From the human T2T-CHM13v2.0 reference genome, Homo sapiens, in NCBI RefSeq assembly GCF_009914755.1, contig NC_060936.1: 64,000 nt of DNA, one strand, 5' to 3'. Made by a program: the position numbers and the translations under genes. Under the pieces are notes generated by a model. That model did not search any database, was not told the origin of the DNA, and saw nothing but the letters and a program-made list of their open reading frames with translations. This document shows positions 1-12,567 of the stretch, piece after piece (the stretch's first letter is position 1; the number at the start of each line of letters is the position of its first letter).

Positions 1-1678
1 CATTTAAGGTTAATATTGTTATGTGTGAATTTGATCCTGTCATTATGATGTCAGCTGGTTATTTTGCCCGTTAGTTGGCGCAGTTTCTTCAGCATAAATG
101 GTCTTTACAATTTAGTACATTTTTGCAGTGGCTGCTACCGGTTTCTCCTTTCCATATTTAGTGCTTTCTTCAGGACCTCTTGTAAGGCAGGCCTGGTGGT
201 GACAAAAATTTTTCAGCATTTGCTTGTCTCTAAAGGATTTTATTTCTCCTTCTCTTGTGAAGCTTAGTTTGGCTGGATATGAAATTCTGGGTTGAAAATT
301 CTTTTCTTTAAAATGTTGAATATTGGCCCCCAACTTTCTTCTGGCTTGTAGGGTTTCTGCAGAGAGATCTGCTGTTAGTCTGATGGGCTTCCCTTTGTGA
401 GTAACCTGACCTTTCTCTCTGGCTACCCTTAACATTTTTTCCTTTATTTCAACTTTGGTGAATCTGACGACTACGTGTCTTGGGGTTGCTCTTCTTGAGG
501 AGTATCTTTGTGGTATTCTCTGTATTTCCTGGTGTTGGCCTGTCTTGCTAGGTTGGGGGAGTTCTCCTGGATAATATCCTGAAAAGTGTTTTCCAACTTG
601 GTTCCATTCTCCCCGTCACCTTCAGGTACACTAATCAAATGTAGGTTTGGTCTTTTCACATAGTCCCATATTTCTTGGAGGCTTTGTTCATTTCTCTTCA
701 TTCTTTTTTCTCTAATCTTGTCTTCATGCTTTATTTCATTAAGTTGATCTTGAATCTCTGATAGACTTTTTTTCTGCTTGATCGATTTGGCTATTGATAC
801 TTGTGTATGCTTCACGAAGTTCTTGTGCTGTGTTTTTCAGCTCCATCAGGTCATTTATGTTTTTCTGTAAACTGGTTATTCTAGTTAGCAATTCCTCTAA
901 CCTTTTTTCAAGGTTCTTAGCTTCCTTGCATTGGGTTAGAACACGCGTCTTTAGCTCGGAGGAGTTTGTTATTACCCACCTTCTGAAGCCTACTTCTGTC
1001 AATTCATCAAACTCATTCTCTGTCCAGTTTTGTTCCCTTGCTGGGGAGGAGTTGTGATTCTTTGGGGGAGAAGAGGTGTTCTGGTTTTGGAATTTTCAGC
1101 CTTTTTGTGCTGGTTTTTCCTCATCTTTGTGGATTTATCTACCTTTGGTCTTTGATGTTGGTGACCTTCGGATGGGGTTTCTGTGTGGACATCCTTTTTG
1201 TTGATGTTAATGCTATTCCTTTCTGTTTGTTAGTTCCTTCTAACAGGCCCCGCTGCTGCAGGTCTGCTGAAGTTTGCTGGAGGTCCGCTCCAGGCCCTGT
1301 TTGCCTAAGTATTACCAGTGGAGGCTCCAGAACAGCAAAGATTTCTGCCTGTTCCTTCCTCTGGAAGCTTTGTCCCAGAGGGGCACCCGCCAGATGCCAG
1401 CTGGAGCTCTCCTGTATGTGGTGTCTGTCAACCCCTGCTGGGAGGTGTCTCCCAGTCAGGAGGCATAGGGGTCAGGGACCCACTTGAGGAGGCAGTCTGT
1501 CCCTTAGCAGAGCTCAAACGCTGTGCTGGGGGATTTGTTGCTGTCTTCAGAGCCATCAGGCAGGAACATTTAACTCCGCTGAAGTTGTGCCTATAGCCGC
1601 CCCTTCCCCCAGGTGCTGTGTCTCAGGGAGATGGGAGTTTTATCTGTATGCCCCTGACTGTTTCTGCTGCCTTTCTTT
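1..1678 (-). mobile_element. L1PA7/PA8-like LINE-1: 3' part of 5'UTR, disrupted ORF1 and start of ORF2 (continues left of window)
   Basis: ORF1p fragments (MLRVAREKGQVTHKGKPIRLTADLSAETLQARR; EIWDYVKRPNL) lie in several frames. ORF1 ATG is at 1124-1122 and ORF2 ATG at 43-41. Confidence 0.92.
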
Positions 1679-2915
1679 TTTTTTTTTTTTGTTCAATTTC
1701 AGTTGTTTTATTATAAAACACAAATGTAGAAAATGTAACACAAAAGAAATGATAGCTTAGAGGATTGTCATAAGGCAAACATCATTCTAACCTCCACCCA
1801 AGTGAAAAAACAGAATTCTGCCAGCTACCTGAGAAGCCCTTTCATGGGTCCTGTTCCAATGATGTCCTCCTCCATCCCTCCAAAAGTAACCATGATCTTG
1901 ACTTTTATGGTAACCACTTCCTTGCATATCTTTACAGTTTTACCACTCCAATTGTGCATCCCTAGACACTCAAGTTTAATTTTGCTCCTTAAAGAAATCT
2001 GATATGTCTTTTAGATCTCTTTTAAACTGCAGATTCCCCTCCATCTCTTTCTTCTTCTGACAGTTTTTTTGAAAAACCTGTTCCATTTGACATATGGAGA
2101 TTTTCATAGTCATGGTTTTGCAGATTGCATTCTTGTGGTGAAATTCAATGTTTCTCCATCCTGTATATTTCCTACAAATTGGCAGCTGTATCCAGAGGTT
2201 TGATCAAACCTATATTTGATCCCTTTAACTGGATTGTTAGTGGTGTGTGTTTTTTCATTAGGAGGCTCGTAATGTCTGTTTTTCACTTTTTTCTCTTATA
2301 TTAGCAGCCATTGGTGTTCAATGTCTAGATCCAGTAATTCGCTGGAGGGTTGTAAGATGGTGATATACTTTTATGTCATTTTCACTTATTTACTGGAATA
2401 ATTTTGTACAAAAATACCCCCTCCTCCATCTACTATTAAGATACCTAGCAGTATAGTTTATATAAGAAAGGCAAGACAAATTCTTTAGTCTTTTATGTAC
2501 TCAGTTTTCAAAATAACCAGTAGGCTCTCTGTCATCCTCTGAAGATGAGTATTATTTTTTCTTAATATAATTAATTATGAACCATATTTGATTGGTTTCA
2601 GTCCATTGTAATGTTTATCCTTATTGAAACTCAAAATGCCCATATTTGGCCAAAGATGGTTCCTCAGTCCTTTGACATGAACCTCATAGGCTTTGATAGC
2701 TTCCTTGCTGTCTGGCATGACAAGGTGTCTGGCATGACAAGGCCTTGTAAGGCTTATTGTGTGTATTTTCTGCCCCAGAACAAAAACAGACCATTTCTCC
2801 AAGAAGTCTTCATTTTTTTAAATTGGAGGTGATACTTCAAGTCCACAATTTTGGGGGCTAGATTGGCCATTGGGTCATTATTTATGTCTTTACAGTAGGC
2901 AGAGGCAGAAAAATG

Positions 2916-2946
<31 letters not shown>

Positions 2947-3419
2947 ATTTAAAGATAAAACAGTTTGTGATTTCATTTGATGTTCTAAATTCAAAACAAA
3001 TTAAAGAAAAATTTAAACACATTTTTATTTTAGGATAATTTTAGATTTATAAAAAAGTTGCCAATGTACTCTGCATGCTTATGGAATAAAATGTTGAAAT
3101 GTTTGATAATAATCAGGTTTTCTTTTCCTTATAAGTCATTTGCTCTTTTGCCTAGATGCCAAAGCATTGTTTTCCTTTTGTAAAAATTAGAGTCCAGTCA
3201 TTTTACTACGATATTCTGTTCCTTTGCTTTAGTTTTTATCTTTAGGCACTTCTATTATCAATTTGTTGGATCTTCTTTGATATCTTCAACGTTTGTTTTT
3301 TTCCTGTCAAATTCTTTGTCTTTTTTAATTTTTTTATTTTATTTTATTTTATTTTGTTTGTTTGTTTTGTTATTATTATCATACTTTAAGTTTTAGGGTA
3401 CATGTGCACAATGTGCAGG
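1679..3419 (-). mobile_element. Heavily 5'-truncated L1PA insertion with ~1.6 kb 3' transduction
   Basis: 15 bp TSD ctgctgcctttcttt at 1664-1678 and 3420-3434. Read on the minus strand: L1 3' terminus (~3380-3419), internal A-rich tail (~3321-3379), transduced DNA, AATAAA (1707-1712), poly(A) (1679-1690). Confidence 0.88.
2917..2944. repeat. (CA)n microsatellite inside the transduced segment
   Basis: Direct reading of about 14 CA units. Confidence 0.95.
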
Positions 3420-4220
3420 CTGCTGCCTTTCTTTCAGAGATGCCCTGCCCAGAGAGGAGGAATTTAGAGAGGCAGTCTGGCTACAGAAGCTTTGCTGAGC
3501 TGCAGTGGGCTCTGCCCAGTTCAAACTTTCCTGTGGCTTTGTTTACACTGTGAGGGGAAAATTACCTACTCAGTCCTAGTAATGGAGGACGCCTCTGCCA
3601 CCACCAAGCTGGAGCATCCCAGGTTGACTTCAGACTGCTGTGCTGACAGCAAGAATTTCAAGCCAGCGGATCTTATCTTGAAGGGCTCTGTGGGGGTGGG
3701 ATCTGCTGAACTAGGCTACTTAGCTCCCTGGCTTCAGCCCCCTTTCCAGGGGAATGAACAGTTCTGTCTTGCTGGCATTCCAGGCGCTACTGGGGTATGA
3801 AAAAAAAACTCCTGCAGCTAGTTTGGTGTCTGCCCAAATAGGGTGCCACCCAGTTTTGTGCTTGAAACCCAGGGCCCTGGTGGTGTAGGCACCTGAGGGA
3901 ATCTCCTGGTTTGCGGGTTGTGAAGACTGTGGGAGAAGTGTTGTATCTGGGCTGGAATGCACAGTTCCTCACTGCACAGTCCCTCACAGCTTCCCTTGAC
4001 TAGGGGAGGGAGTTCCCAGACCCTTTGCGCTTCCTGGGTGAGGCGACGCCCCACCCTGCTTCTGCTCGCCCTCCATGGGCTGCATGCACTGTCTAACCAG
4101 TCCCAGTAGGATGAGCTGGGTACCTCAGATGGAAATGCAGAAATCACCCACCTTCTGCATTGATCTCACTGGGAGTTGCAGTCCGGAGCTGTTCCTATTC
4201 AGCCATCTTGCCCAGGAATC
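3420..4220 (-). mobile_element. Remaining 5'UTR of the same L1PA7/PA8-like element
   Basis: Resumes the 5'UTR at ctgctgcctttctttcagagatgccctgccc and ends at the L1 5' terminus (minus: gattcctgggcaagatggctgaataggaacagctcc, YY1-type caagatggc). Confidence 0.9.
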
Positions 4221-4224
4221 ATCT

Positions 4225-4860
4225 TAATTTTCTTAATGGTGTCTTTTGAAGGGCAAAAGTTTTAAATTTTGATAAAATCAAATTTGTCTTTTAAAAAATA
4301 TTGATTGTAGTCACAAAAATTTTCTCCTGCTTTTTCTTCCTGAAGTTTTTTATTTTTAGTTCTTATATTTGGGTCTGTGATTCATTTTCAGAAAATTATT
4401 GTAATGTATATAATATAGGGTTATTAGGATTTTTTATGTTTGTTTTTGCACATAGATATCCAGTTGCTCCAGCACTATTTGTTGAAAAGACTACTCTTTC
4501 TTAATTAACTTTGCACTTTTATCAAAAATCAATTGACCATACATGTGAGTTTGAACTCTATTCTGTTTCATTGATCTATATATCTCTTCTTATGCCAATA
4601 TCATACTATCTTGATTGTAGTGTTACTTCCTGTTCTTTTTCAAAATTGCTTTGGCTAGACTTGGTTGCTTGCATTTCCATAGGGATTTTGGCTACAGCTT
4701 GTCAATTTCTACTAAAAAATTCCTGGTTAGATTTTGGTAAGGATTGTGTTGACTCGCTATCTCAATTTGGAGAAGAACTGATATCTTAATAATGTTTAGT
4801 TTTATAATCAATGAATATGCTGTATCTCTTTATTTATTCAGGTTTTCTCTAATTTATTGC
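4225..4860 (-). mobile_element. Old L1M ORF2 fragment
   Basis: T-rich antisense L1 signatures such as gatatccagttgctccagcactatttgttgaaaagact and tttggagaagaactgatatctt. Confidence 0.7.
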
Positions 4861-6869
4861 AGCAATCTTTTGCCTAGAGTGCGCTTCTTGAGAAACATGA
4901 AAGTTATTTTAAGCCACTAAATTTTGAGAAGTTGTTTAACCCATAGTAGATAGTTGTTACACATTTTGGTACCTGGGAGTGATGTGCTACCATAACAAAA
5001 CCCTAAAACATGTGGCTTTAGGACTAGGTGGTGGTCTGAAGCTGGAAGAACCTTAACAACATTGTTAGTGAAGGTCTAAGGGCCTTGAAGAGATTCTTAG
5101 TGTAACTATATGCCCCTAGAGGTGGCTCATAGTGAGGGCTGAAAGGAAATTAAAGATAATGTTATTGAAAGTTGGGAAGAATGGGGATATTTATTAGGTA
5201 GTGACAGAAAGTTAAGCAACACTATCATATGAAGTAACGTAGAAAATAGAAATAGAAAATAGGAATAGAAAATGATGTAGATTTCCAAGGAGAATGTTGA
5301 TGATGACACCTGGTTTCTAGCTGCCTGTTATAAAATGGCAGATGAGAGTGTTAAGCAACAGAAAGAACTTTAATATATAAAGAAGCCAGAACTTACTGGG
5401 ATCAAAAATACAACTTTCTCATTGTAGTTTCTTCAGATGGCAAATGATGCTAAAATTAAGAAAAGGCTTTTGGACGAAGGCCAAATTTAGGGCACTGTCA
5501 GGAAAATAAGTAATAAAGATTATTTCAAGGGTGTTATTGTACAACCCTTTGCAAAGATTTGAGGTAGTATTTCATACAGGTAACTATCCCTAAGGATCTT
5601 GAGGCACATGCATTGCAGATTGTCTCTTCTAAACAATAGGGCTTTTAAGAATGTCAACATGCTTTCCTATAGCAACCTTACAGGAAACTAAAGGTAGAGA
5701 AATGCTTATCTTGATGAATTTTGTGGGTGTAACTTTGGAAGATGGGGTGAACCCCAGTATGATTCATAGGAGACCCACAAAGCTTTAAGAGAAGTATACT
5801 TGGAGAAACACTGCCAGCTTGGACTAAAGGGGACAGAGACAGACCATCACAAAAAGAGAGCTTTGGATTTCTGAAGTAATACTGGTAGGAAGCAGGCTGA
5901 GAAAACTACTTAGCTGCAAACATCAGCATTTTTTAATGGAAAAGGATGACTTGAGGAGGAACTATGAGCTCAGAGCATAGAGCTAAGACCCATGGAGATG
6001 CTATGCTGCATTATCAGACAGCTGACCTGAGTCAAGGAGCCAATAGTGTGTGCATGGCTGGATTACAGAATTTTTATGGACTATTGTATCTTTCTTTTGC
6101 CTTTATGGACTATTGCCTTTCTTTTCCTCCCTTTTCAATGGGAAAGTCTGTAGTAATTATCCTATGCCTCTTCCACCATTGTATGTCAGTGTGTGAAGGA
6201 CATATAACTTGTCTCTTTCATTCACCAGGTCTTTGGATTGAGGATAGCTATATTTTATGAGCTGTATTTGATAAATAGCATCTGAGGAGACTCATCCACA
6301 CCTGGTTGCCTAAGTAAGTGGAGTATATTTTGCTTGTGAAAGGAATATAAAAATTTGTGACCAAAGGTTATGTTTACAATTTCTTTGGCACTCCTTCCAC
6401 AGAAGGTGGAGTCTAATTGCCCTTCCCTTATTATGGGTGAGCCTTAATGACTTGCTTCTAACAAAACAGAATGAGACAGAAGTGATGTTGCATGGTTTCC
6501 AAGGCTATGTCGTAAAAGGTGATAGAATTTCCAGCTGGCATGCTCACTGTCTTTCAGGACACATGCCGTGGGTATCCTGAGCTGCCATTTAAGAAGTCTA
6601 GCTACCCTAAAGCCTCCATGCTGGAGAGACCATGTGGAGGGACCACACAAAGATTGACAGTAAGATGCTTGAGAAGTCCCAGCTTTCCCAGCCCCAGCGT
6701 TTTGGGTCTTCTCAGCCCAAGCACTAGATGTGCAGCCCCAGCCCATGGTGAGTAGAAACAAGCTGTTCCTGCTAACCCTGCTCAGGTTTCATATTTATGA
6801 TAAAATATGTTGTTTTGTGCAACTACAAGTTTGAGGTGGTTGGCTACACAGCATTAGATAATTGGAACA
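4860..6869 (+). mobile_element. MLT1-type MaLR: 5' LTR remnant, internal region (~4962-6355) and 3' LTR (~6356-6869)
   Basis: LTR end (...ttttaagccactaaattttgag...gttaca) followed by tttggtacc, then purine-rich MaLR internal sequence. The 3' LTR has gccctaatgacttgc-like and agcattagataattggaaca ends. Confidence 0.7.
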
Positions 6870-8273
6870 GAGGACCTTTAACTGTCTTATTCTCCTTACT
6901 GCTGTATTTACTATTGAGAGCCAGAACTGTTCTGCACTACTTTTTGTTTTTTAATATATATGGCTCCAAATAATGCTTTTTTCCACAATTGATACTCAAT
7001 AACTCCAGTTGGTGATATTAAATGGATTGGAGCACAACCCAGAATACATGCACCTGGCTCTTTTAAAGCAGGTCTATTCTGGCAATATGTTTGGATTGGT
7101 TTACATTTCCCCTTGAAAGTTTGTTCTTGTTGCTTTGTTTACGTTAGCTATGTTCTATCCTTTGCTCTAGTTCACAAACTAGTGTCTAGCATTTCTTTCA
7201 CTTCATCTCCACTTCTACTCCTTAACCTAACTTTTACCTCATGGCCTGATGATAACTATAAACTATATTGAACTATATGTAAGTTTTATAAGGTCGAGAG
7301 CCACTGTATCTCCCTGGCAACACAGTGCCTAGTACAGAGTAAAACACTCAGTAATCATTTATTGATTTATCATAACTATGTAGGAGACACCAAAGTAACC
7401 TTATATGCATAATCTCCTTTAATCTCTACAACACATTATTAGGATTATTATCCCCATTTTGCAGATAAGGAAGTTGAATAAATTAATAAAGTGATTTTCC
7501 CAAGTTAGTACAGTCAATAGTGGAGACAGTATTTCAACCAAAAGTCTGTTTGACTTCAAAGCCTATGCTCTAATGACTGATTTTTACCTGGTTTTGCTGT
7601 TAACCATAAATTTCTAGTGGTTGAACTAGGTATTATCCATTGACTTTGCCTACACCATGTATTTTATTGGATATTTGGCCATTGCTTCTCCAGAACTTAT
7701 GCCTTGCTTGTCCCTGATTTGTGTGTAGCTACATTCCATCCTGTGGTTCACATTTGAGTGTCCATAGAAAGAATCTACCAAAATGTGATTAACTATGCAC
7801 ATAAAATTCTGAACTAAGAAGACCTATTTCAGTAACGCAGAGAATAACTTGTCTAGATGGAAAAGTTATGAAATCTAACATTCACTGGAGCCATTGAAAT
7901 GTTTCCATGTTTGAAAAAAATTAAGATTTGTAAGAATGAATGAAAAGACCTATCGGAAGTCTTTTCTAATGTTAGATTTCACACTCATAGAATTTGACAT
8001 TTTAAATATTGCAGATATACCGGTTAAATGCTTTTGCTCTGTTAAGTTGAAATCACTTGCTCATATGGAGTCTGTTTTCCTGTTGCATGTTGGCATGAGA
8101 GTTAACTCTGTTGCCTGCTCTTGGCCATTTGTTCCTCAGCTTTTTGTGTCATTGAACACGTATGTGTGCAATATTTGCCACCCTTCTTTTAAGAATTTTT
8201 ATTCATATATCATTTACGAATTAGACAAAGTGAATGCATAAAAACTGAGAGAAGTTAACAAGGTAAACCAAGG

Positions 8274-8432
8274 GAGCTGTATTTGATAAATAGCATCTGA
8301 GGAGACTCATCCACACCCGGTTGCCTAAGTAAGTGGAGTATATTTTGTGTATGAAAGGAATATAAAAATTTGTGATCAAAAGTTATGTTTGCAATTTCTT
8401 TGACACTCCTTCCACAGAAGGTGGAGTCTAAT
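8274..8432 (+). repeat. 159 bp dispersed direct copy of 6259-6417
   Basis: Manual alignment gives 8 mismatches and no gaps, with an offset of 2015 bp. Confidence 0.95.
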
Positions 8433-8552
8433 AGAAGCATTTGAAAAATCAAAGTGCAATGAGTACAAAAATATCTTTTTACTATCATAACCTAATTGTA
8501 CTGACACCTTATTATGTTTGATAGTCAATTCTCATTTGTCTTTAATAATTGA

Positions 8553-8999
8553 TAATGGGAAACTACTTCATTTTAGATGAGATCAGATTCAATGGTTATT
8601 ATTTCCTTGGGCTGCTTTTACTTGGAAATAATTTCATCTGACTTTATAGAAAGTGACCTTAGTAATTGTGGGAGCATCCAAAATTTGTTTAATATGTATG
8701 AACATAAAATATTTCAGTGTATGTCTTAATCTATGAGTCATTTCTGAATTTTACAACCAGATGTACTGTGTATTTTCAAATGTCATTGCCATATACTAAG
8801 TTTGAGAAATGGGAGATGAAAAAATCAAGTGGATATATTTCTGATTCAATATTTTTATAATATGAAATAAAAATATTATTTTATTATAAAATTTTTCCAA
8901 GTAATGGGAAACTACTTCATTTTAGATGAGATCAGATTCAATGGTTATTATTTCCTTGGGCTGCTTTTACTTGGAATTAATTTCATCTGACTTTATAGA
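8553..8999 (+). repeat. 98 bp direct repeat pair (8553-8650 and 8902-8999) with a 251 bp spacer
   Basis: Manual alignment gives 1 mismatch in 98 bp. Confidence 0.95.
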
Positions 9000-9549
9000 T
9001 AAGATCATGGTATTGAATTGAGTTGCAGAGTTGCAATTCTGTTTACAACTACAACTTTTGCTCTTCCTATAAAAATGTGCTTAACAATTACTTATAGAGG
9101 ACCTACCATATGGAAATAAATGCCTAGAGGCTATGGGAGATACAAATTAGTTGAGACAGCCCCTTTCTCAATGAGTTTTTAATTTAATAGAGGATTCATT
9201 CCTTTGTTCATTCAGTCACTTAGTCAGTAAACAATATTGATTGAATACCTATTGAGCGCAGGCATTGAGAAAGCAATGATCACACATTAGAAGAAAAGAT
9301 AAAACTGATCCCTAGCCTTCAAAACTCATGGTCTAATAGGAGCTCCCAAGTAAAGAAAATACAGCAGAATAGCATGATTGAATGATTGATTAATATTGAG
9401 TTAAAATATGTCACTTTTGGCTGGGATGCTCAAGGAAGACTTTCTTGAAGTTATACTTCAAATATTATAAGTCACTATATGAAATAAATGCTCAGAGGCT
9501 TCATTTTTGAAATTAATTATAAAAGAGGCACAAAAACCAAATGCAGTAC

Positions 9550-10032
9550 TGTAGATTTCCAAAATGGTCATAATTCTCTACCCCTGTCTATATTCACATC
9601 TCGTAAAATATGATGTATTTTCTTCCATCAAGAGGTGCCATCTGTTTCTCTACCTCTGGAATTTGGGAAGGCATTGTGACTTGATTTTGCCCATAAAATG
9701 TAGCAGATGTGATGTTGTGCCAATTCTCAGCCTAGGCCTCAAGCTCGCATGCTTCTGCTCTTTCTTAGAATCTTCCTCAGCTTACACGAATAAGCTTGAG
9801 CAAGCTTATTCATGATAAGAGACTGTGTAGAAGAGAAATGTGCCATCCCAGCTTAGTCCTTCTTAGATAGCTGCCACACAGCCAACATGGCAGCTGATGT
9901 CATGCATTAGTGATATTAGGAGTTACGGCAAGAGCAACCAACATGGGATCATTTGAAATTGTCAAACCACCAAATTGTGAGATAAAGACAGATTTGTTGA
10001 CTTATATCCCTACATTTTAGATGGTTTATTAC
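9550..10032 (+). mobile_element. MLT1-type solo LTR (old MaLR)
   Basis: ccatcaagaggtg...tgtgacttgattttgccc...aaaatgtagcaga and terminal ggtttattacacagcaataactagctgata resemble MLT1 LTRs. Confidence 0.65.
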
Positions 10033-10754
10033 ACAGCAATAACTAGCTGATATGCCAGTTAATAAAAATCTTCCTAATGCTTTAGAGTTGGGGGGAGTAG
10101 CACAGTTAATAGGTGGAACAGCATGTAGGAAAAAATTTTAATTACCAAGCTCTTGAGACCATTTATATGGCATATGTATTTTTTCAGAATTTTTTTTAGC
10201 AAGCCAATCTTCTTTCCTATGGTGAATTCTTATGACAAATGTGGAGTTAGCATTTAAATTAGGCATAGGCTATATTTCTTTCCAAAATGTTGTATCAAAT
10301 TAATAGGAAATAGGCATTTATTTTCATAAAAACCATGTGCTGTAAATTTTTAGTGTTTTTTGTTTTATTTTCTGGGCACCACTTTACAAGGTATAAGTGA
10401 TACATTAAGGTTTTATTCAGTTGCATCTTGGGATCACTTGCAAGGATAATTTGTGATGAAAAATATAAATGGGTCACAGAGAATCAGTGAGACCCTGTGC
10501 TGTGCTATAGTTAAAGAAGGAATATAGTGAGGAAGAAAGAATGGGAGACTTGGAGTCCAAACAACTATATCTGTTCAGAAAATATAATTTCCTTTGTATT
10601 TTTAGAAGATTATTTTTAATCTTCATAACTTTTTTCTTGCTTCCCAGAATTAAGAGGTAATGTGAAAACACAGCTGTTTCATGATTATTTTTGTAATAAA
10701 AGTAAAACTGATTTTGATTCATTTGTAAAAGGAAACCTGATTTATATTATCTGA

Positions 10755-11204
<450 letters not shown>

Positions 11205-11359
11205 TAGACTTCAACCAACCTGAGCATCATCTTGTTGGAAAATATGATAAGAATGTTATGTCTCCATTTCCCTGAGGAGGGTCAGTATTACTGAGGATTG
11301 AAGAATTTTATCATGCAGTTCATTTCACAAGGCTTCAGATATGAAGAAGGGTAGAGAGA

Positions 11360-12047
11360 TGTTAACGGACAAATCAAACTTGCAAAATATTTTAAAGAGG
11401 CTTATTTTGAGTCAATATGAGTGACTGTGGCCTGGGAAAAATAAAAACCCAGGAAGTCTTGAGTACGTGGTCCCACAGTTTGGTTTTACACATTTTAGGG
11501 AGGCAGGAGTTACAGGTAAAGACATAAATCAATACATGGAAGGTCTGCATTGGTTTGGCCTTAAAAAGTGAGATATCTTTAAGTGGGGGCTTATAGGTTA
11601 TAGGCGGGTTTCCAGATTCTTTAATTTGTAATTGGTTAAAGGAGTAAGGCTCTGTCTAAAACTTGAGGTCAGCGGAAAGAAATTTTTACAATAAGGATGC
11701 TTTGCCAGAGTCAGCCACAACATACTGGGTCAAAATGACCTGTTTAGCTAGACTGATGGCCTGCAGATGTGACTTAACCCTTGCCTTGCATGGCTTAGGT
11801 CTTGTTTGTAATTTGGCATCTTATTGCCACAAACAGTCTGTTGTGGCAGTCTATGATCTCTATTTTAACATTAATCCTGGTCAGTTGTGACTAAATTCCA
11901 AAATGGTGGGGGGTATAATGAGGCATGTCCAACATCCCTTACCGTCATGGCTGACAACTCAGTTTTTAAGGTTTCTCTGGGGTTCACTTGGTTAAGAGGG
12001 GGTCCACTCGGTCAGTGGGGGGATTAGGATTGTATTTCTAGTTTACA
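11360..12047 (-). mobile_element. MER4-group (ERV1) solo LTR
   Basis: TG...CA termini. The minus strand begins tgtaaactagaaatacaatcctaatccccccactgaccgagtggacccc...agagaaaccttaaaaactgagtt, typical of MER4B/D/E. Confidence 0.8.
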
Positions 12048-12567
12048 GGTAGCAGTCAGTACAGTGACTATGAACGTCTTCTGATTTGTGCTAAGCAGGA
12101 TGGCTTTTTAAAAGAGGCCACTCTGTCAGGTTCCTTTCCACAGTTAAATATCCTTTTTTTCAAGGGAGGAAGAGGTCACGTAATTGCCAGGTATACATTT
12201 GTTATATTTATTAAGTGTTGATAAATGAACTCTAACATCTAACAATTTGAAGGCTGCGCTCTTGGCACCTTCACATTAGTTAAGATTTCTGATTAAACTT
12301 CAGAAATAAAGTTTTTTTGTTTTTAAAAATACAGCTGTCTTGGTGACCCCTTATCTTGACCAGGTGTCAAGGTGAGCTGTCTTGGAGCTCTCGGGTAGAG
12401 GGCTTCCCTGCCCGTGAAGTCCTCAGAAAAGCCTTCAGTGTCTTCTAGTCATTTGCCCAGTAGTTTCTCCTGGTAGAAAAGGGCTTCTTAAATCACGTAA
12501 AAAAGTGTTGTGTTTACCTCAGCTGGAATTTTTCATGTTGTATTTTATAGACTTGTAGAAGCTTATT

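Noticed and set aside
6259-8999. Direct repeats with spacers as a CRISPR-like array or LTR pair
   Set aside because: There are only two copies of each, no periodicity, no TG...CA termini, PBS or TSD, and the context is eukaryotic.
12335-12371. Possible 37 nt plus-strand exon (T-rich tract, tacag| ... aag|gtgagc), perhaps of a neighbouring or antisense transcript
   Set aside because: Splice-like motifs of this quality occur by chance. No partner exon or recognisable protein can be supported from the sequence alone.
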